Shown: one piece after another, positions 59,067 through 64,000 of the stretch
How positions within the stretch are numbered: the stretch's first letter is position 1
How the letters are laid out: the number at the start of each line of letters is the position of its first letter
IMG/VR virus record: IMGVR_UViG_3300042503_000209
Span: 44,134-108,133 of that record
Length of the DNA stretch: 64,000 bases
Strand: one strand, 5' to 3'
From: a virus
Position numbers and translations under genes: made by a program
Notes under the pieces: generated by a model
Told to the model about the DNA's origin: nothing
Database searches by the model: none
Seen by the model: the letters and a program-made list of their open reading frames with translations, nothing else

Positions 59067-62000
59067 TTATCTATTTATAAGTTGTTTTACTAAATCTTTA
59101 AGTTCTTCTATTTCTGTCTTTTGAGATTCTATCTGAGCTTGTTGTTCTTTTACTGCTTCAATAAGTAAAGCTGAAAGGTTACCATAAGCTACTGAATAAT
59201 GTCCTCTATCATCTTCAGATACAACTTCGGGTAATATAGCTAATACTTCCTGTGCAATAACCCCAGCATGTCGTTTATTAACATCTGGTATATCGTTACG
59301 AGTAAATGTTACTCCTCGTATAGCTTTTACTTTTTCTACAGCATCTTCAATTATTTCTACATTATCTTTAACTCGTGAGTCTGAATATGCTGTAATATCT
59401 TGATAACAAAAGAAAGGGTTAGTAGATACTACAGTACTACATCCAAGATTAAGAGCATAATCATGCCCACCACTATTACCATTTCCTAATATTACTTTAC
59501 CACTACTCCAACCAACAAATATAGAAGTACAAGACCCCCATGCTGTATAAGCATCAATATGTCTATTAATGTTAAGTTGTGTAGTAACTGTTGTTGTACC
59601 ACCACTTCCACCTAAAGTAACATTACCTGCTTTAGTAAGTCTAATAATATTATCTACTTGACTACCCCCATTATTAGCTCCAAATACTAAATCATCTGTT
59701 GCATCTAATGCTGTATAACCAACATACCAGTTACCATCATTTCCTCCTCTTTCTCTTCTCCATCTTAATCCAGCCCAAGTATTTGTACTTGTAACAATAA
59801 ATGATAAACCTTCTGCCCAAGATTCTGAAGTTGGTATTATAACCATATTATCACTAAAATATGATCTACCAAAAACCTGTAAAGGTCTACTTGGGGAAAG
59901 TATTGTAGGAAATGTTCCCAAGTTACCAATACCCACACCAGTTTCTGTTATTCTCATAACAGTTTTACCTAAATAACCTCCAATACCATTATGAGGATTA
60001 TAGTTACTGTTACCGTAAGCAGTATTAGACATACCAAAGTCTAGTCTACTACCATTACCAGATGATCCAATTACCCATTGTCTTTGGTCTAATCCATTGT
60101 GTGCAAACTGAATAGTAGGACCATGAGCAGCATTAGAAGTTTCTGTGTGATCTAATACTAATGCAGGATATGCTCCTCTAGCATACATTATAGGACGTCT
60201 ATTAGCATCAATTAATGTATATGGAGTTTGTATATCATTATTTGAAACAATAAATCTAGTTCCATTTGTACCGTCCCATCTAAAACCACCTATAGCTGTA
60301 TCATTAGATACAAAGTTTATATTACCTGAAGAAGTAGACATTGTTAATGTACTACTAGCAAATACACCACCTCTATCCCAAGCAGCTCCAAGTCTAACTT
60401 CTCCAGAATAAGATTCTGGATTATTTATAACTAAGTTTCTAGTACCACTTAAAAAAGGAATATTATTTGTTGAAGTACCAATAGATCTATTATCAACTGT
60501 ATTTGCATTAGCTACTGACTGAGAACCAATATTTCCACTATGTATGATATTTCTCCAAGTATACCAAGTTCCAGCATAACCTGCTCTCCATCTTAATGTA
60601 GAACTATCATAATAATCACCCTGAATTTGCCACATGGTATCTCCACCACCTAAGTGTAATACAGGAGCATAACTTAAATTACCACCAGAACCATTTTCAT
60701 TTCTGTATACAGCAGAACTTCCATTATTTACATTTACAGAACCATTTCCTAAACTTTGTAAACTTAATGCTCCAGAAAAATTTGCATAGTTTACTGATTG
60801 AGAACCAATACTTCCTGAATGTATTAATGTTCTTATAGTACCATTATCAAAAAAAGTACCATTAGCGTAAATATAATATGTACCTCCAACTGGTGACCCT
60901 ATATATGTACCATAACTACCATTATATCCAAAAGCATCAGTCATTGCACCATGTGAAAACATAGTACCACTACTTAAGCTAGAATAAAATCTTGGAGCAC
61001 GCATGTCTCCAGCTGCAAATATTGTACTAGCTGACCAAATATAACCAGTATAATTTGATAACATCCACTGAGCAACTGCTGACGTAGCTCCTACAAAATT
61101 AGTGGTAGACACTCCGTTTCCACTTGCGTTAACAGCAGACATACCAAAAGTCTCAGCTCCTACAGTTGTATATCCTCCAAAAGTGTGATGACCAGAGGGA
61201 GCATTCTTCCAATATATACCCCAGTTAGCAGCATTCTCTTGGAATATCCATGCATCAACTTCAGATACAGCATGTTTTAATAATATAGAACCACCTGGTG
61301 CAGTAAAAGTTATTCCTCCACTCATTGTACCACCTGAAAGTGGCAAAGCATATGAAGAATAATTACTTGCATGCAATACTGTATTACCGTTCACTGTCAA
61401 CGCAGAAGAAGTAAGTTGCATACGTGTTGTGTATGTAACACCATCTTGACCTGCTGTCTGCCATCTAAAACCTTCATTTTCGTGGCCTTTAAACATCATC
61501 CAATAACCTTCAACGTTTATTCGTTTTGAGGTATCTCCAAAAATAACAGAAGTTGAGTTACCAGCTCCAGTCATTGTCAGGTTACCACTCAATGAAATTG
61601 CAGTAGAAGTACTAGCTCCACGACCTGTGACACTAGCAAGCGTGTCTGTTTCAGTGTATCCTGTTATGTAACCAGGTCCATTAGAAAGTTGATTTAAGTT
61701 AGTAAGATTATTACTTGTCCAAATTCTTTCCCAAGGATGCCATGTACCGCCCTGGTTTGGTCTCCACCATAAATAACCTGGTACATCTCCCAAATACATC
61801 TGGACTGTTCTGTTATCAGATGCCATGTTAAAACTAAGCACGTGTGAATAGTTTCCAGAAACTGGAGCATTAACCCAAACACCTGTGCTAAAACGAATAG
61901 TTGCATGCTGACCACTTATGTTTAAGTCATGAGCACCAGAATCACCATAAACTGGTCTAAGAGCATTAGTTTGAGTAATATATCCAGGTCCGTTACTAAG

Positions 62001-64000
62001 TTGGTTTAGATTAGTTAATGTACTAGATGTCCAAACTTGACCATTTTCCCAGTAAAGAATACCATTAGTTCTCATTTCTAAGAACTTACCTACTACACCA
62101 CTAATGTGAAATGCTATACCTGTTGTAGTGTTTCCATAAGATTCAGTCCAAAGTGCAGCTGTAGTATAATCATTATCAGTTTGATTTTTTCTAGCTTGTA
62201 ATCCACCAGTAAAAATTGAGTTAGTAGATGTACTAGCACCACGTGCAGTAACTGTAGCAAGAGTGTCAGTCTCAGTATAACCAGTAATAAATGCAGGAGC
62301 TCCTGTAATTTTTGACCATGCTAAAGCTGTAATCCAAGAAGGGTTTGAGTATGTACTAGTAGTATATACTAAACTATCTGTAATACCGTATCCAGCAATA
62401 GTAGTAGGTTTTGCAGATACGTTTGCAAAAGAAATACCTGTTATATAACCATTAGGGTTTGAAGCTAAGTAATAAGTTGAGTTATCATAACTCACTGTAG
62501 TACCACTTACTTTTACAAAGCCTGTACCATTAAGTTGTGGTTGTCCCCCCAATCCTGATAAAGTGTATACAGGAAGTGTTTGCCATGTCTTGTCTCCTCT
62601 CCAGTACTGACTAGTCGTACCAGCAGTAATAATAGGTTCTTTTGTACCTATACTTGCGGCTACTGTAGTAGCAAAGTTAGGATCGTCTCCAAGGGCAGCT
62701 GCTAACTCATTCAATGTATCTAATGTACCAGGAGCAGCATCTACTAAATTAGAAACAGCTGTGTTTACATAAGATTGAGTAGCGTAAGAATTGTTTGTAA
62801 GATAAGTTCCTACACGTGCATCCGTGTAATATAAGTTAGTACCTTCTACAATGTTTGTAGTTGATGCAGCAACCTTAGTCCATAGACCTGTAGATGCTAC
62901 ATATTTAATCATATCTCCATCTGATGGATTCTTTACAGAAAGATCGTGAAGTTCATCTAACTCAAAACCATTCTGTACTTTTACAAAAATCTCACCGTTA
63001 TTAGAATTTGCTCTAGTTACTATACCAATAAATACTAAATGAGCAGGTGCAGAAGGTTTATTAAGTAATCCATAAATAAGATTGCCATCTGTTCCTAACC
63101 ATACAGGATCTCCTGCATTTGCTGAAGCTGTATTTAATCCAGCTAGTAAACCTTCAGTAACTACATTTGCAAAACCATTTATAGAAACACTAGCATCTAA
63201 AAGACCCATTGTCTTACTAGATGTCATTTCTGCAGCATTAGATGCTTTAGAAACAATCATATTTGTACCATCAGCAGATGATACATATACAGCTTGACCT
63301 TTAGTAATTACTTGAGCAGATTTTACTTGATGCTTTACTTGGCTTACATAAGTAACAATATCTTGAGTGCTTAGTACACCAGTAGAACTGGCTACAACCA
63401 TTCTAGTTCCTGTACCAATTAAACTACCAACAAGAAGATTACCCCCTGCTGCGTTTAATCTAATTGTAGTGCTGCCAGTTATAGAAGCACCATAGTAACC
63501 TTGTATATCTACATAAGAGTCACCAAATGTACCACCTACAGTATGAATAACAAATGCATTGTTACCACCACCTGCAGGATCAGAGTTAATTAATGTAATG
63601 TTTGCAGTTTTACCTACGTTTTTAACAAGTAAAGCTCCGTTAACATCTAAACTATAAAAAGAACTATTATAAGGTGATGAGGTATTAATTCCTATTCCAA
63701 AACCATTGTCATAGATTAAACTATTAGCAATAGTTGTACTATTTGTAAACTTAGAAACATATCCTGTTGTACCACTTCCACCAATACCACCTAAGCCGGC
63801 TAAAGTATATGTAGGTACATTTAATACACCTGTACTAGAACTATATGAAGAAGCTCCAGATGATCCATTAACGGTTAGTGTAATAGCTGCTCTTGCACGA
63901 GCATTTGTATAATATAAGTTTACAACTCCTTCAGGAAGTTGATCAGTAGTAGTAGATGTTCCTTGATAAACAGGACTAACTACAATTACATCTATAATAT
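59067..64000 (-). CDS. Tail fibre 1 with C-terminal peptidase S74 chaperone (>=1643 aa, 5' truncated by window edge)
   Basis: The frame stays open upstream of the track's Met at 63401 to the edge (IIDVIVVSPVYQGTSTTTDQLPEGVVNLYYTNARAR...). TAYSDSRVK...GVIAQE...YGNLSALLIEAVKE. Ends TAA TAG TAG. Confidence 0.9.
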   Translation of the reverse strand, partial: IIDVIVVSPVYQGTSTTTDQLPEGVVNLYYTNARARAAITLTVNGSSGASSYSSSTGVLNVPTYTLAGLGGIGGSGTTGYVSKFTNSTTIANSLIYDNGFGIGINTSSPYNSSFYSLDVNGALLVKNVGKTANITLINSDPAGGGNNAFVIHTVGGTFGDSYVDIQGYYGASITGSTTIRLNAAGGNLLVGSLIGTGTRMVVASSTGVLSTQDIVTYVSQVKHQVKSAQVITKGQAVYVSSADGTNMIVSKASNAAEMTSSKTMGLLDASVSINGFANVVTEGLLAGLNTASANAGDPVWLGTDGNLIYGLLNKPSAPAHLVFIGIVTRANSNNGEIFVKVQNGFELDELHDLSVKNPSDGDMIKYVASTGLWTKVAASTTNIVEGTNLYYTDARVGTYLTNNSYATQSYVNTAVSNLVDAAPGTLDTLNELAAALGDDPNFATTVAASIGTKEPIITAGTTSQYWRGDKTWQTLPVYTLSGLGGQPQLNGTGFVKVSGTTVSYDNSTYYLASNPNGYITGISFANVSAKPTTIAGYGITDSLVYTTSTYSNPSWITALAWSKITGAPAFITGYTETDTLATVTARGASTSTNSIFTGGLQARKNQTDNDYTTAALWTESYGNTTTGIAFHISGVVGKFLEMRTNGILYWENGQVWTSSTLTNLNQLSNGPGYITQTNALRPVYGDSGAHDLNISGQHATIRFSTGVWVNAPVSGNYSHVLSFNMASDNRTVQMYLGDVPGYLWWRPNQGGTWHPWERIWTSNNLTNLNQLSNGPGYITGYTETDTLASVTGRGASTSTAISLSGNLTMTGAGNSTSVIFGDTSKRINVEGYWMMFKGHENEGFRWQTAGQDGVTYTTRMQLTSSALTVNGNTVLHASNYSSYALPLSGGTMSGGITFTAPGGSILLKHAVSEVDAWIFQENAANWGIYWKNAPSGHHTFGGYTTVGAETFGMSAVNASGNGVSTTNFVGATSAVAQWMLSNYTGYIWSASTIFAAGDMRAPRFYSSLSSGTMFSHGAMTDAFGYNGSYGTYIGSPVGGTYYIYANGTFFDNGTIRTLIHSGSIGSQSVNYANFSGALSLQSLGNGSVNVNNGSSAVYRNENGSGGNLSYAPVLHLGGGDTMWQIQGDYYDSSTLRWRAGYAGTWYTWRNIIHSGNIGSQSVANANTVDNRSIGTSTNNIPFLSGTRNLVINNPESYSGEVRLGAAWDRGGVFASSTLTMSTSSGNINFVSNDTAIGGFRWDGTNGTRFIVSNNDIQTPYTLIDANRRPIMYARGAYPALVLDHTETSNAAHGPTIQFAHNGLDQRQWVIGSSGNGSRLDFGMSNTAYGNSNYNPHNGIGGYLGKTVMRITETGVGIGNLGTFPTILSPSRPLQVFGRSYFSDNMVIIPTSESWAEGLSFIVTSTNTWAGLRWRRERGGNDGNWYVGYTALDATDDLVFGANNGGSQVDNIIRLTKAGNVTLGGSGGTTTVTTQLNINRHIDAYTAWGSCTSIFVGWSSGKVILGNGNSGGHDYALNLGCSTVVSTNPFFCYQDITAYSDSRVKDNVEIIEDAVEKVKAIRGVTFTRNDIPDVNKRHAGVIAQEVLAILPEVVSEDDRGHYSVAYGNLSALLIEAVKEQQAQIESQKTEIEELKDLVKQLINR

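Noticed and set aside
405-63297. Short plus-strand and nested minus-strand ORFs in the track (61-127 aa)
   Set aside because: They lie antisense to or out of frame within long, motif-bearing minus-strand genes and have no recognisable motifs. They are shadow ORFs.
63399-63401. Track start codon for the 1444-aa fibre
   Set aside because: The frame is open and fibre-like up to position 64000, so the true start lies outside the window.
1-64000. Stop-codon reassignment (TAG or TGA), as seen in some crAss-like phages
   Set aside because: Multi-kb ORFs are intact under code 11, and TAG (45721, 48207, 53499) and TGA (38420, 39673) end genes right at the next gene or a gap.
48923-64000. Diversity-generating retroelement or invertase shufflon acting on the fibres
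   Set aside because: No reverse transcriptase or recombinase in the window, no inverted cassettes, and no near-identical TR/VR pair with adenine-specific differences seen by eye.
1-64000. tRNA, rRNA or structured ncRNA genes
   Set aside because: Intergenic gaps are at most ~170 bp and are explained by terminators or promoter-like motifs; no cloverleaf was seen.

Overview
An AT-rich, gene-dense 64-kb piece of a large crAss-like (Crassvirales-related) phage genome. The host is probably a Bacteroidota species, inferred from an SprB-like repeat, A-rich starts without obvious Shine-Dalgarno sites, and TAnnTTTG-like boxes. All credible genes are on the minus strand and read in standard code 11. 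In transcription order (right to left): three long mosaic tail-fibre genes, each ending in a peptidase S74 chaperone; fibre accessory genes; a cluster of Cys-rich FN3-like proteins; a metallophosphoesterase; an HU/IHF-like protein; two tail ring proteins; a small zincin; the tail muzzle/stabilisation protein; four multi-module putative cargo proteins; a 1060-aa cargo protein; a 4545-aa virion RNA polymerase polyprotein (DFDID); and a >1600-aa zincin + PD-(D/E)xK protein that runs off the left edge and is missing from the ORF track. The most interesting observations are all hypotheses from motif reading, with no searches run. (1) About 30 x-x-x-[G/A]-G tags separate discrete modules in four consecutive cargo genes, suggesting a processed or tagged effector-polyprotein system. 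(2) Matching C-terminal and N-terminal motifs may dock those proteins head to tail. (3) The FN3 genes have missing or orphan first strands, suggesting a fibre built by donor-strand complementation. (4) A macrodomain-like insert sits in the virion RNAP. (5) A 57-bp promoter/operator-like element occurs twice.
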